Source: Carcharhinus longimanus (lineage: Eukaryota). Taken from it: DNA of 64,000 nt. Positions within the stretch are counted from its first letter, which is position 1, and every line of letters starts with the position of its first letter. Below, in pieces: positions 1 through 12,404 of the stretch. The notes beneath the pieces are model-generated. The model did no database searches. It was not told the origin of the DNA and saw nothing but the letters and a program-made list of their open reading frames with translations. The DNA lies in the NCBI GenBank assembly GCA_030264375.1, contig JASCQW010000132.1, positions 92,494,898 to 92,558,897 of the forward strand. The letters run 5' to 3'. The position numbers were made by a program, and so were the translations under genes.

Positions 1-29
1 TTTCTAACATAGGAAATAGCTTACCACTG

Positions 30-210
30 TTTACTCTATCTATACCCTTCATAATCTTATATACCTCTATTAGATCCTCCCTCAGTTGCCATCTTTCAAG
101 GGAAAACAACCCCAATTTGCTCAATCTCTCCTCATAACCCAGTCCTTCCATACCAGGCAATATCCTGGTAAACCTCCTTTGCACTCCACACTCTGCACCC
201 CGTGCTTTTG
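30..210 (-). mobile_element. CR1-type LINE 3' fragment
   Basis: The reverse complement resembles the 3' end of a CR1 ORF2 (gtttaccaggatattgcctgg...ttatgaggagagattgag...gaggtatataagattatgaagggtatagatagagt), like the + strand copies at about 2100-2300 and 17200-17300. Confidence 0.6.
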
Positions 211-264
211 TACTCTATTCCTTCAGAACTGAGTTCCAGAATTTTATTTGCAATTTCCAGACAA

Positions 265-905
265 CGCAGTTTGATGAATTAGAAATGGTTGAGAGCTTCA
301 TGTTTCTAGGTGTCCGGATCACCATCGACTTGTCCTGGTCCCTCCATGCTGACGTTAGCCTCTTAGGAGGCTAAGGAAATTTGGCATGTCCACTACGACT
401 CTCACCAATTTTGACAGCCGCACCGTAGAAAGCATTCTTTCTGAATGTATTACAACTTGGTATGGCTCCTGCTCTGATCAAGGCAGTAAGAAACTACAAA
501 AGGGTGTGTACATAGCCCTGCCCATCACGCAAACTAGTCTCGCATCCACTGACTCCATCTACATTTCCCTCTGCCTCGGAAAAGCAGCCAGAATAATCAA
601 GGACCCCGCAAATTCTGGACATTCTGTCTTGCACCTCCTTCTAGCAGGAAAAGGATACAAAATCTGAGATCATGTACCAACTGACTCAAAAACAGCTTCT
701 TCCCTGCTGCCATCAGACTTTTGAATGGACTTACCTTATATTAAGTTGATCTTTCACTACACCCTAGCTATGACTCTAACAGTGTATTCTGCACCTTCTC
801 CTTTCCTTATCTGCTATGTACTCTATGAACGGTATGCTTTGCTTGTATAGTGCACAAGAAACAATACTTCTCACTGTATCCCAATACACGTGACAATAAT
901 AACTC
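265..905 (+). mobile_element. Rex1/Babar-like LINE, degenerate 3' end of the RT ORF plus tail
   Basis: Translates to VESFMFLGVRIT..LSWSLH, LRRLRKFGMSTTTLTNF..TVESILSECITTWYGSCS.Q..KKLQK, typical of the Rex1/Babar RT C-terminus. Ends in a tgacaataataa tail. Confidence 0.7.
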
Positions 906-914
906 AAATTTTAA

Positions 915-2355
915 AAATCAGATTTGTCTGTGTATAAAAGGGCCTGAAATTCCAGTGGAGTTTCTGGAAGTTTAGCAGAGTTTTAGTTGGAGAGAGAGAC
1001 TGGAAAAGTTTGAGACACTGCCATCATTTTCCAGTCTTCAGGGTATTGGCTCAGATGACTGGAGAATTGCAAATAATCCACTCTTATTCAACAAAGGGTG
1101 TAAGGCTAAGGGTTGGAATTCTTCAGCCATTCATGTCCCACTGCTGCTGCCAGTGAGGATGGAGAATTTAGCACTCATCCAAATCTCCATTCACTGCAGC
1201 TGGGCCAAGGCATCCCGCTGGTGTGAACAGCCAGAAAATCCCACCCAAACTCAGTATTACTGGCCAGTCAGTCTAAACCCAGTGGTTGGGAAGCTTCCAG
1301 AATCAATAGTTTGAGACAAAATTGATAACATGTGCAAAAGCAGGTTAATTAAGGAAAACCAAATTTGTGTAGAGCAAATCATGTTTAACTAACTTGAGTT
1401 TTTAATGAGGTAGCAGAGACAGTTGATGAGGGCAATGTTGTTGATATGATGTACAGGCTTCCAAAAGGCGCTTAATTAAGTGGCACACAACAGACTAGTG
1501 AGCAAGTTTAAAACTCAGAGCAAAAATGACACTAACATCTTAGATACTAAATTGGCTGAACTGGCAGGAAAGGGAGTAATGATTAACGGTTGTTTTTCAG
1601 ACGGAAGGAATGTTATAATTAAATTCCTCAGGAGTTGTTTTTAGGACCCCCTGTTCTTCCTGACCTTGGTGCACAGGGCATAATTTCAAAATTGCAGATG
1701 AATCAAAGCTTGGAAATGTGTGTGGGCCATGAGGAGAATAATGTAGAATTTCAAAATGTCATAAACAAGTTGGTGGAATAGACAGAAATTAGCAGATGAA
1801 ACTTAATGCAGAGAAATGTGAAGTGATTCATTTTTGGTAAGACTGCTGAGAGATACCACCTAACAAATGGTACAATTCTAAAGAGGTCATAGAATTGGAG
1901 GGACCTGGATGTATAAGTGCACAAACCATTGAAGGTGAACAGTTTCTGAAAGCAGGACAATTGAGTGCGTGGTTAATAAAGCACACAGTACCCCAGCATT
2001 GAGTACAAAAGCAAGAAAGTTACGTTCAATCTGTAAAATACACTGGTTCAACCTCAGCTGGAGTATTGCTTTCACTTAGGCACTACGCTTTAGGAAGGAT
2101 GTGAAGGCATTAGAGAGAGTACCGAAAAGATTCACAAGAATGGTTCCAGGGAGGAGAAACTTCAGTTACACGGCAAGATTGAAGAATTTGGGACTATTCT
2201 TCTTGGAGAAAGTTGAGAGAAGATTTGATAGAGGTATTCAAAATCGTGACTGGTCTGGAAAAAGATAGATAAAGAGAAATTGTCCTCGTTGGTGAACTGA
2301 GAACCAGGGGGCACAGCTTTAAGATAATTAGCAAAAGAAGCAATAGTAAGAATGA
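915..2355 (+). mobile_element. CR1 LINE reverse-transcriptase remnant, interrupted by a MITE
   Basis: Degenerate, frameshifted CR1 RT motifs in order: DWRIAN..PLF.KG (about 1057), Y.PVSL (1258), SCLTNL (1379), FQKA (1459), PQ...LGP (1626), ADE (1694), LERV.KRFTRMVPG (2111). Confidence 0.75.
1110..1246. mobile_element. short non-autonomous TIR element (MITE) inserted in CR1
   Basis: Ends gggttggaattctt and agaaaatcccaccc are imperfect inverted repeats. It is preceded by TAA and splits otherwise contiguous CR1 RT motifs. Confidence 0.5.
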
Positions 2356-2359
2356 AGTG

Positions 2360-3730
2360 AGCTGCATTGTTCTGGATGATGTAGAGGTTCTTGAGTGTTG
2401 CTGTAGTTGCATTCTTCCAAGCAAGTGGAGAGCATTCCATTGCACCCCTGACTCGTGCTTGTAAATGGTGGACAGACGTTGGAGAGTCAGGAGGTAAGTT
2501 ACTTACCACAGGATTCCCAGCCCCTGACAAGCTCTTATAGTCACAGATTTATATGGCTAGTCCAAGTCAGTTTCAAGTAACTCCCAGGATGTTGACAGTG
2601 GGGGATTCAGCAATGGCAATGCCATTGAATGACAAGCTGCAGTGGCTATATTCACTCTTGTTGGAGATGGTCATTTCTTGGTGCTTATATGTAGTGTGAA
2701 TGCTACATACCACTTGTCAACCCAAGCCTAGATATTGTCCAGGTTATTTCTGACTTCATGATGAGGAAGGTCATGGATGAAGCAGTTGAAGATGGTTGGG
2801 CCTAGGACACAACCCTGAGGAACTCCTGAAGTGAAGTCCTAGAACTGTGATAATTGACTTCCAACAGCCACAACCATCTTCGTTCATGGTAAATATGATC
2901 CCAACCAACGGAAAGTTTTCCCCCTGATTTCCATTGACTCCAATTTTGCGAGGGCTTCTTGATGCCACACTCGGTTAAACATTGTATTATGTCAAGGGCT
3001 GTCACTCTTACCTCACTCTGGAGTTCAGCTCTTTTGTCCATGTTTGACCCAAGACTGTAATGAGGTCAGGAGTTGAGTGACCTTGACGAAACCCAAACTG
3101 AGCATCGGTGAGTAGGTTATTGCTAAGTAAGTGCTGCTTGGTAGCACTGTTGTTGTCCTCTTCCATCATCTCCCTGATGATTGGGAGAAGGCTGATGGGG
3201 AGTTATTGGCCGAGTTGGATGTATCATGCTTTTTGTGTACAGGACATACCTGGGTAATTTTCCATATTGCTGGGTAAATGCCAGTCTTGTATCTGTACTG
3301 GAACAGCTTGACTAGGGGAACGGCAAGTTCTGCAGAACAAGTCTTGGTATTATTGCCACATGTTATTAAAGCCTATTGCCTTCACAATATTCAGTGCCTT
3401 CAGTCATTTCTTTGTATCATGTGGAGTGAATCAAAATGGCTGAAGATTGATATCTGTGATGCTGCACACCTCCAGAGGAGGCAGAGAGTGATCATCTACA
3501 AGGTTCTTTTGGCTGAAGATTGCTGCAAGTGCTTCAGCCTTATCTTTTGCACCAATGTGCTGGGTTCCCCCTACATTGAAGATGAGGATATTTGTGGAAC
3601 CTCTTCTTCCAGTGAGTTGTTTAATTGTCCACCACAGGATGTGACAGGACTACGGAGTTTAGAGATGATTCATTGATTGTGTAATCGCGTAGCTGTATCA
3701 CTTTCTGCTTATGCTGTTTGGCACACAAGT
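2360..3730 (-). mobile_element. CR1/L2-clade LINE RT remnant
   Basis: The minus strand gives ARVRGAMECSPLAWKNATTATLKNLYIIQNNAA and EVRVTALDI (RT motif of the LDIKAAFD region), plus a PQGCVLGPTIF-like segment near 2790-2825. Confidence 0.7.
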
Positions 3731-3779
3731 AATGCTGTGTCATGCACGCTCATTAAAAATACTACTTGCCCGAATCATG

Positions 3780-4640
3780 TTCCACCTCCCTGTCTTGTAC
3801 CACATCAGTCGGAGATTAGATTGGTCTAAGAAATGTTTGGAAGTGAATGGCATGCAGCTGTTGGCCTTCACTTTCCTCAAGACAGATGTCCTCTATAGTC
3901 AGGTTCATCATTGTGTGAAGCTGACATTGGATGAAGCGAGCCATGCTGCTAGATTTCAGAGGTTTGCAGCTATCTCAGTCTTCCTGAGAGTTCATGGTGA
4001 AATTGATTGCACACGTGTGGTTTTGAGAGCTTCATGGCAGCAGCTCCTGATGTTCATTAGCTAGAAAGAGTTCCACTGCATCAATATTCAACCAGTGTGT
4101 GATTATTAGAAGCAAAATATGCACATTTTTGTGAGGTACCCTGGGAATTCCCATGACTCTACATCCTGTGTCACTCCTATGTACCTCAAGTATTCAAAGG
4201 GCCTCAGCAAATATAGAGATGGCTGCTTGGGGATAAGGGGTGCCCACTCAAGCAATGGCTAATGTCATCTGTGTATTGTCCTCAGAGTGCCTTGAAAGCA
4301 AGGTACAATGTGGCACATAGATGAACATGATCCATCATTGAACAGACCGTTGACATCCTGAAAATGCACTTCCATTGTTTGGACTGCTTTGCAGTACTCT
4401 CCAAAGAGCATGTCCCACATAAGCATGGTCTGCCGCACCTTTTACAACGTTGTGCTTCAAAGAGAAGGATCCCTTGCCAGAGGGAGACATGGAGGAGGCT
4501 GAGAGTTCATTGGACAATGAGGGGCAAGAATCTGAAGAGAGCGATGAATCAACTTCCATGTGAGGATGCCATTGAAGCCCGATATGGAAGATAATACCTG
4601 TGACACACTGATAGCCTCACAATTTTAGAAGGAGTAAGTT
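3780..4640 (+). mobile_element. PIF/Harbinger DDE transposase pseudogene (HARBI1-like)
   Basis: Motifs in order: FAAISVFLRVHGEIDCTRV (GxIDCTH), RK.FHCINIQPVCD, RYPGNSHDS, WLLGDKGCPLKQWLM, YNVAH, IIEQT..ILKMHFHCLD. Contains stops and frameshifts. Confidence 0.8.
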
Positions 4641-4944
4641 GCAGGTAATGGCTCATGGGCACATTCCTCCTGTCCCTTAGTGCNNNNNNNNNNCATCAAG
4701 AGCAAATCCAGCATTCGGACTTGCAACTTCAACCTCAGTGATTCAGCAGGTCCTAATCTTGGAAACCCTGGTTTGTTGCACTGTGGGACATGAAAGTCAG
4801 CACAACAGCCAAAGGCTGCATCAAAAACTTGATGCAATTGTTGCCATTTTCATGAGAAATTTACTGCAGACACTGAAATACACGCATGGTTGGAAAGGCT
4901 ATCATGGCTGCAGTCTTATGCTTTGGCATTTCCAATGAAGTAGA

Positions 4945-5273
4945 GATGCCAACGTTGGACAGGGGTAAACACAGCAAGAAGTCTCACAACACCAGGTTAA
5001 AGTCCAACAGGTTCATTTGGTAGCAAAAGCCACTAGCTTTCGGAGCGCTGCCCCTTCATCAGGCAAGTGGGATTTCAGTCCACAAACAGGGCATATAAAG
5101 ACACAAACTCAATTTACAAAATAATGGTTGAAATGCAAGACTCTACAGGTCATCAAGTCTTAAAGGTACAGACAAAGTGAGTGGAGAGTGGTCTCTCTCC
5201 ACTTACACTGTACCTTTAAGACTTGATTTCCTGTATAGACTCACATTCCAATCATTATTTTGTAAATTGAGTT
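4945..5273. mobile_element. Penelope-like retroelement terminal-repeat fragment with inverted duplication
   Basis: Contains a cacaacaccaggttaaagtccaacagg...gctttcggagcgctgccccttcatcagg module. Arms 5107-5188 and about 5195-5272 are reverse complements. The right end runs into an N gap. Confidence 0.55.
5030..5071 (-). ncRNA. minimal hammerhead-ribozyme-like motif (Penelope type)
   Basis: Minus strand reads ccacttgc-CTGATGA-a-ggggc-agc-gctcc-GAAA-gct-agtgg. Both core boxes are present, with a 5-bp stem II and ccact/agtgg able to pair. Confidence 0.5.
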
Positions 5274-5599
5274 NNNNNNNNNNNNNNNNNNNNNNNNNNN
5301 NNNNNNNNNNNNNNNNNNNNNNNNNNNNNNNNNNNNNNNNNNNNNNNNNNNNNNNNNNNNNNNNNNNNNNNNNCCAAACATCATATGAACGTGAGACTCA
5401 AAGGAAGGTGAATGCTGTGTTGGAGCTTGACTCACCTTTGCAATATGAGGGCACATAGATGCATATGCAGGACACTTTCAAATTACCCCACCATTCTTAC
5501 AAATGGAAAATATATTTATGACATGCATGATCAAATGTCTGAGGCCCAAAGGAAGTGCCAAAGTTTCTTAATTTTTCTAACCTTACCATTTATATCCTG

Positions 5600-7745
5600 G
5601 TGCAGAGTTGGACACAGTCTGCTGATTGGTACATCCTAGTGTTTTTGGGGTCATCCTCTTGAGGACTGAGACCTGGAAGGCTCCAGCTGGATGTTCTGAT
5701 GTGAGGAAGAGGCATCGTTTCTGGCCTGTAAGTTGGAGGTGATGGAGGTAATAGGTAGAGGGGACTGGAATTGGCTGTAGACTCTCAGGGTCATCTGGGA
5801 AGATGGCCCTTGCTGGGGTTCTCCTGCTGCTGGTCCTCCTCCCTATGAGTGCCTAAGGGCACCTACCTAGTCAGGAGGAGAAGGGGACGAGGAGGTTGGC
5901 GAGGTACCCTGCCCCCATCACCAGACACTGATGGATCCCTCCAATGCCTATAACAATGGAATGCAGGTTCAAATGCAAATCCAGCAAAGTCTGCTGGCCA
6001 AAGATCTTTCAGGTGGCTGCCACCTTTCCAATGCAAACCTTGAGGTTCTAATCTGTTGGAACACAACATCAGATAGAATGTAGATGAGATACTCCATCCT
6101 TATCACTAGTCTGTTGGCTGCCTTTAAACTCTCTGATTTTCCACTGCCTGTCAATGTATCTCCAGCATGTTTGCGATGGCTGTTTCCAGAAGCTCAGCGG
6201 CACCTGTTCTGCAGTCATCCTCAGACGCTGGGTCTGCTACTGCCTTTGACTGCTGCAGAGACGTGTCAGTGAGATGTTTTCCAGAATGTGACCCTGAGCC
6301 TAATCTGTATCCATGACCCAGCAGCCTGTGTATCTTTGCTTTGATGGAGAGCGTAGGTGAACACAGTGGCAAGACCTCTTCATATGTATCCTCATCATTC
6401 TCCTCTGAGGTGGGCTGGGAGCAGAGATGTGGTTCTGCTGGTGTGTCTGGACCCGCAGCTGCCTGTAAGAGGGAGCAGGTAGATTTAGTTCCGGAAGAGG
6501 CACAGTACAACATTGCAAGCCATTCACTGAGAATGTCAGAATGTGATAAATTCATAGTGGGCTGATCTCACCTTCCCCACAGGAACATTCCCTCTCCTCC
6601 TCCTCCAACTTGGTTGCATTCGACTCAGATATGCAGAGTTCCTGAATGTAAGTTGCCCCTCCTCCATTCTGGGATCATGTGCTCTTGTGAGCACATTTGG
6701 CCTTTATGGAGACAAGTGGGGCAGTGTGGTAGCACGGTGGTTAGCACTGCTGCCTCACAGTGCCAGGGACGCAGGTTCGATTCCCAGCTTGTGTCACTGG
6801 CTGTGTGGAGTTTGCACGTTCTCCCTGTGTCTGCTTGAGTTTCCTCCAGGTCTCCAGTTTCCTTCCCACATTCGAAAGATGTGTGGGTTAGGTAGTTTGG
6901 CCATGCTAAATTGCCTCTTAGTGACAGGGGTTTAGTAGGGTAAATAAGTAGGGTTATGGGGATGGCTTGAGAGGGATTGTGGTTGGTGCAGACTCGATGG
7001 GCCAAATAGCTTCCTCCTTCACTGTAGGGATTCTATGATTTTTTTATGAAATGGATGGAGTGTGATGAGAAGGGATGGAGTATAGTTTGAGAAGAATGTG
7101 GGCCTCGTGTGTGCATGCTGAGCCATCCTCAATAAGCGCTGAGATTGGAGTGTGTGCTGCATGATAGATGAGATGCTGGGGATGTTTAAGTGTCCAGGTG
7201 ACAATCAGTGATGGTGTGTCTACTGAGAATATTATGAGAGATAGCTGGACAGTGTAAGCTTTGAGTGCATGAAGCCATTATGGGAGTGTGAGATTGGGCT
7301 GAGCAGTAGGTCGGCTTAACTGGTGGGGTGGATGTGATTTTCATCCTCTGTCCTCCCTGAACCACCTCACAGGCTAGTGGGGTGAGGCTGGTGGGCCTTT
7401 TGCATCCCTAGGGCAGAGGACATCCTGGGGCTGGCCAGCTCCATGAATGAGAGCTCCAAGGGAGTCATTGTCAACCTTAGTGAAGCTTTCTTCATGGGTG
7501 AAGCTATCTCAAAACAATTCCTCCACACAGCTAGGCTGGAGAGAGTGAAAGTGTGTGTTTGGAGGAGTTTAAATATGGTGCCCAGACCGTCAATCCCATT
7601 GGGTAATGGTGGGTTGGAAGAATCAGTTGCCGCCCTGCCACATGAATTGGAGAGCGGTTCACCAATGCATAATTAATGAGGTTCTGAGCGTGAAAAATCA
7701 AGCGTGTATTCCCACCACACCACCCAGCATTTTATGCTGGGAAAC
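5600..7745 (-). mobile_element. probable Harbinger second gene (Myb/SANT-like) remnant and element end
   Basis: Fragmentary minus-strand coding-like sequence (ORFs 6151-6555 and 5863-6154, plus the 7330-7480 segment resembling a Myb/SANT-like N-terminus) converges on the transposase, the usual Harbinger layout. This is largely inference. Confidence 0.4.
6719..7039 (+). mobile_element. tRNA-derived SINE (HE1/V-SINE type), near full length
   Basis: Pol III A box (tagcacggtgg) and B box (ggttcgattcc), V-domain gtgtggagtttgcacgttctccctgtgtctgc..gtttcctcc, and a CR1-like tail ending ctgtagggattctatgatt. Confidence 0.85.
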
Positions 7746-7764
7746 TCTTAAATATTTAATCCCT

Positions 7765-8035
7765 CCATCACCAGTAAGCAGTGGCAGCAGTGTGTACCAT
7801 CTACAAGATGCGCTGGTATTTGCTGCCTTTGTCATCCTGATTTGGAAATATATATCAATGTTTCTTCACTGTTGCTGGGTCAAAATCCTGGAACTCCTTC
7901 CCTAACAACACTTTAGGTGTATGTATGCCTCATGAACTGCAGCAGTTCAAGAAGGTGGCTCACCAAAGTCTTTTCAAAGGCAGTTAGTGATGGGAAATGA
8001 ATACTGGCTTAGTCAGTGATGCCCACATCCCATAA
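7765..8035 (+). mobile_element. LINE 3' end fragments
   Basis: cagtggcagcagtgtgtaccatctacaagatgc...gggtcaaaatcctggaactccttccctaac...gcagttcaagaaggtggctcacca...gatgcccacatcccat is a LINE-type 3' tail common in shark genomes. Confidence 0.5.
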
Positions 8036-8038
8036 TGT

Positions 8039-8305
8039 GGGTGGCACGGTGGCACAGAATTTAGCACTGCTGCCTCACAGTGCCAGGGACCTGAGTTTGA
8101 TTCCCAGCTTGTCTCACTGTCTGTGTGGAGTTAACGTGTTCTCCCTCTATATGTATGGGTTTCCTCCGGGTGCTCCGGTTTCTTCCCACAGTCTGAAAGA
8201 TGGGCTAGTTGGGTGCATTGACCCGAACAGATGCTGGAGTGTGGCAACTTCACAGTAACTTCATTGCAGTTTTAATGCAAGCCTTACTTGTGACTTGTGA
8301 CTAGG
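8039..8305 (+). mobile_element. tRNA-derived V-SINE copy with a different 3' tail
   Basis: Head and V-domain match the 6719 copy (tagcactgctgcctcacagtgccagggac...ggtttcctccgggtgctccggtttc). The tail is cacagtaacttcattgcag...cttacttgtgac. Confidence 0.75.
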
Positions 8306-8408
8306 AGGTGAAAGTAGACTCTGATTGGAGTTGTTACGCACACATTATTGCTCTGCAATAATAGTGTTGTGATAGGCTGCACTGGCAAAGTTCTGTGTCA
8401 GGAGTAAT

Positions 8409-9490
8409 GGGGGTGGTTCTCCCAGCCCATTTCTCTGTTCCAGCAATGCAGTGGGCAGGGAGATTTAAGTGGAGGCTGTGTAGCGGGCTTCCTGCTGGCT
8501 ACCACGGCGTCTGTCATCTCTGCCTGCTGGATTTCCAGCACTGTCAGCTTTGTGTCAGAAATCGGTGCAGAGCTGAATAAATTATGCAGATGATCATGTT
8601 AATATCATCAGTGGGCCCGGGACTGAGGTCTCCAGACTCACTAGCCTCTCCTCCCTGCCGCCAGGAGTGTTTCACTCCAGTTGGGTTTACAACAGCTCCC
8701 CACTAGCTGAAGCTGGCGGCCTGACCCCACTAGAGTGAAAGGGGGCCATAAGCTGCTCTCCCCCAGGAGATCGTAGGTAAATGGGGTGCCCCTTGGGCAT
8801 TGCCGGCTTGGTACAGCCTGATCCCCTGACACTGCCCAAAGGATTTTGGCACTGCCCATCGGGAGTCAGGCAGTGCCAAAGGGGCAGTGCCAGAGGGGCA
8901 TGGGAACTATGCAGGGTGATCAGTGGGGTGGAGGATCCAGCTGCCACTCTGAACTGGGATCAGTGACAGAGGGAAGGAGGGGGGGGGGCCAGCAATTGGG
9001 GCTGGCCATCGTGGTGGGCAAGGAGGGGGTCAGCCTGCTGGGGGGTGGGGTGTCACCCTGCGGAGAGGGGTGTTGGGGCTGCCGCTGTGGGGGATTGTGA
9101 ATTGGGAGNNNNNNNNNNNNNNNNNCCAGGCAGGTTGGTTGGTGGGGAGAGGGGGGGGTCGCACAGTTAAGATGGACACGGAAAATTCTGGAAGGCCAGC
9201 AATTGGCTGTGGGGAGATTGTGGGACCAGTGATCAAGTTGGCCATTGGGAAGCTGGTGGTGTGGGGCTACTGCGCATGCGTTGATCTTGGCGCTGACAAA
9301 TCAGTGGCCCACTCAGTGTATACTGCCAGCCTGTCCAGTGGAAATGATTTTTATTGTGATTCACGCTAAGGCTCTCTGTGGTACACGGTGTGGGAGATTC
9401 ATTTTGAAATTCCCGCTGAAAAAACCAACAGGATTTACTTGAGTTTTTCTGCAAATTTAGCACTTAGAATTTTTTTGGAGAATCCCACCA
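8409..9490. mobile_element. non-autonomous TIR DNA element, about 1.1 kb, GC-rich
   Basis: Termini ggggtggttctccc and ggagaatcccacc are imperfect inverted repeats similar to the 1110-1246 MITE ends. No coding capacity. Confidence 0.45.
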
Positions 9491-10044
9491 AGTGGTCGAA
9501 GTTCTACCACTTTGCCCACCATGGAATCAGCACAGGCTTGGCTCCGACAGCAGATGTTTTCATTGACCTGCAGCGGGAATTTCCAGTCTTGCCTGAGCTA
9601 TTATGTAAAATCCCACCCAGTATCTTTCAGTTGAGTCCTGTACCCCTTGCAGGATCTTGTTTTCCAATTTTTACCAGTCTAGCATTTTACTGACAATCGT
9701 GGCTCTAAGCTGCAGTAAGGCAATAGTTCCATTCATGGATCATGTGGTACTTACAGACTAGTTGCTGCTTTATTTCCAGCTGCTACTTGGCTTCTCTCAT
9801 TGCAGTGTCACTCTGGAAAGTTCACTTTGTTTGCATAGGGGGATTTTGCTGGTACTATTCTTGTTTCTCTTTGACTCACAAATAGTTTGGTTGCAGACTT
9901 GGATGTGGGTGGTCATAGAATTGCCTTTGATGCTGGAGGAAAAGAGAGAATAGCATAGAAGATAGCATATCACAGGACAAGCAGACTGAGGTCACTGAAC
10001 AGGGTGCTGAGTTCACAGAGGGTGTTTGGAGAGCAATTCTCCCC

Positions 10045-10340
10045 CATCATCTTTACACAGGATCAATTTAGGAGGGACTTTTCTCCACTCAGGAGACTGT
10101 CACTGAACAATACCATCCGCTGCAACCACAAATATGCGCTCAAACCAAGGTGTGGGCAGCACTGCCTGTGCTGTCAAGGTCACCGTGACCCTCAGTATTT
10201 ATAGACTCCTTTCAGGCTGTAACATGTGACATCAACAATATCTCATGTTCCCCAGTGTACCAATGTACAAGCAAGGTGAACACAAGATTTACCATCCATG
10301 GCTGGCTTCCCAGAATACAGGGTGACATTGATAATGTTAT
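10045..10340 (+). mobile_element. Harbinger transposase N-terminal fragment
   Basis: Frameshifted motifs TQETVTE, LP..VKVTVTL, SFQAVTCDI, MAGFPRIQGDID. Confidence 0.6.
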
Positions 10341-10354
10341 ATTATGTCTTCAAG

Positions 10355-11155
10355 TTTTGGCCACGGCTTAGCTGTTAGCCCAACTGCCTTTGAATCTTCA
10401 GGTTCAACTTTCATCCTTGTTCTTGTGTGCAAAGATCAAAGCTGAGACTACAACTTTAAGGGAGCCCTGCACCTTTGAAGGTGCTTATTTCAGCTAAGGT
10501 GTTAAACGGAGGCCTTGTCTTCTGATAAAAGCGAAATACTGTGGATACTGGAAACTGAAACAAAACAGAAAAAGCTGGAAAATCTCAGCAGGTCTAACAG
10601 CATCTGTGGAGAGAGAACAGAGCTAAAGATTCGAATCTGGATAACCCTTCAGGCAAAGGGTCATCTAGACTCAAGACATTGGCCAGTATTTTACGACCTT
10701 GCTCAGGCGAGACTCGTAAAATCCCACCCTAGGCCAATGAAGAATTCCAATCTGCGAGCTGCACCCGCCCCGATTCCGGGGTGGGCATGGCAGTAAAATT
10801 CCAGTCTTTGGCTCTATTCTCTCTCCATAGATGCTGTCAGACCTGCTGAGATTTTTCAGCATTTTCTGTTTTTGTGGCTTGTCTTCTGCTTGGGTGCATG
10901 TAAAAGATCCCATGGCACCATTTGAAAAAGAGCAGGGGATTTATCCCTGGTAACCTGACCAATATCTACCCCTTAGCTAACATCACAAAAGAACAGATTA
11001 GCTGGTTATTAACATATTGAAGTTTTGTGGGAGTTTGCTGAGTGTAAATTGGTTGCTGTGTTTCCTAGATTACAGAAGTGAATACATTTTAAAAATTACA
11101 TCGTTATCTATAAAGCAGTTTGAGATGACCAGTGGCTATGAAAAGCCATATATCA
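10355..11155 (+). mobile_element. DeuSINE-type SINE (SacSINE1-like) interrupted by an insertion at 10525-10877
   Basis: Deu-domain-like gtaaaagatcccatggcaccatttgaaaaagagcagggg and an L2-like tail tttgtgggagtttgctg...gtgtttccta...aaagcagtttgagatg. The 11-bp cttgtcttctg is duplicated around the insert. Confidence 0.65.
10525..10877. mobile_element. palindromic Penelope-derived element carrying a nested MITE (about 10681-10806)
   Basis: Arms 10560-10630 and 10806-10875 are reverse complements (aaaacagaaaaagctggaaaatctcagcaggtctaacagcatctgtggagagagaa). Flanked by an 11-bp TSD. The inner MITE has ends ggccagtattttac and gtaaaattccagtc. Confidence 0.6.
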
Positions 11156-11848
11156 GTGCTCTGCAAATGATTATCCAATATGATCCAATTTAATACTTGA
11201 ACATTATTAACAAAAGCAATACAGCAATAAGATATCGTAGTAATATTCAACATATAATTATTAAAATGTCTGTATTGTGGATCAACAAATAATTTGTTAT
11301 ATAAAAATGAAACTCTGTCTTGATAAAGTACTTTGAGAAAATGTTATTATTTTATGTAGTCGCCAGTCCATTATTTCTTCTGCGCCACTCCATCACATGG
11401 ACTTTGGCCAGGAAGTAATGGAAACCATAGATGTTCAACATTACTGATCGATTGAAGCATCATATCAACGTTCCCTAAAGACCATCTTTTAATTTTCTAC
11501 TGAGAATTTCAAATAACACAAAATAATACTTGTAATCCCTGAGGCTGTTGTTTCACTTTGGATTCAATACAGCTTTAAAATAAGATGAATTTAGTTTACA
11601 AGGTAAGTAACTTACCTGAATGTAGAAGTGATAGAGTGCCTCTACATAGGCATAAAACATAATATATGGTCGTCAGTGGCCACTGAGGGTTTCAGCCAAG
11701 CTCTACATCTTCCACAGTGACAGAAGACTCTAGGAAGCTCTTCTGTCTGCTCCACCACAGAGAAACATATATATACACACACTCTCATCAACCGCTATCC
11801 ACACTCTCCCATAGACATACACTGCAATCAGCCTCTTTCCATTCTTTA

Positions 11849-11849
<1 letters not shown>

Positions 11850-11883
<34 letters not shown>

Positions 11884-12009
11884 CATCAGCCTATCTCCCC
11901 CAATCGTACCCCACCCACATACACACACACAATAAAAAATCATAGTAATATTCAACATATAGTAAATATCAGCATATCTCCCCCTCCACACACACACACA
12001 CACACACAC
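11850..12009. repeat. (CA)n microsatellite cluster
   Basis: CA runs at about 11850-11881, 11921-11931 and 11987-12009. Confidence 0.9.
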
Positions 12010-12404
12010 CTCTTGCCCAACAACATACACAAGTCAGCCAGCAAGTTGTAGCCAGTGGGGAGGCATCGCAGCTTTGAGAACCTGAACCAGTGTGTAGCTC
12101 TGGCTCTGCAAGCAACATTTTTAAATAATCTTGAGAAGAAGAAAATAAATTTTGAGAGCAAGAGACAAGCAAGGCAAGGACAGGGCTAGATGCTGCTTGG
12201 GCCTTGGTATGGGACGCAGATTGGAGGGTGTGAAGTCCATGACTCCAACTTCTGTTTCTGCAACTCTAATGAAGGCTATGACCCACAGTTTGGGAATGGC
12301 TGTACTATATCAATGCATGCCTTTCTTTTTCTTTCTTCCACATATCCCATCACCGGTCTGGCTTCTCTGTCGCTTGAAAGGAATTGCACTCTTACAATGT
12401 ACAG

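Noticed and set aside
6719-6800. tRNA-like A and B boxes as a tRNA gene
   Set aside because: They are the head of a SINE, followed by the V-domain and a LINE-derived tail.
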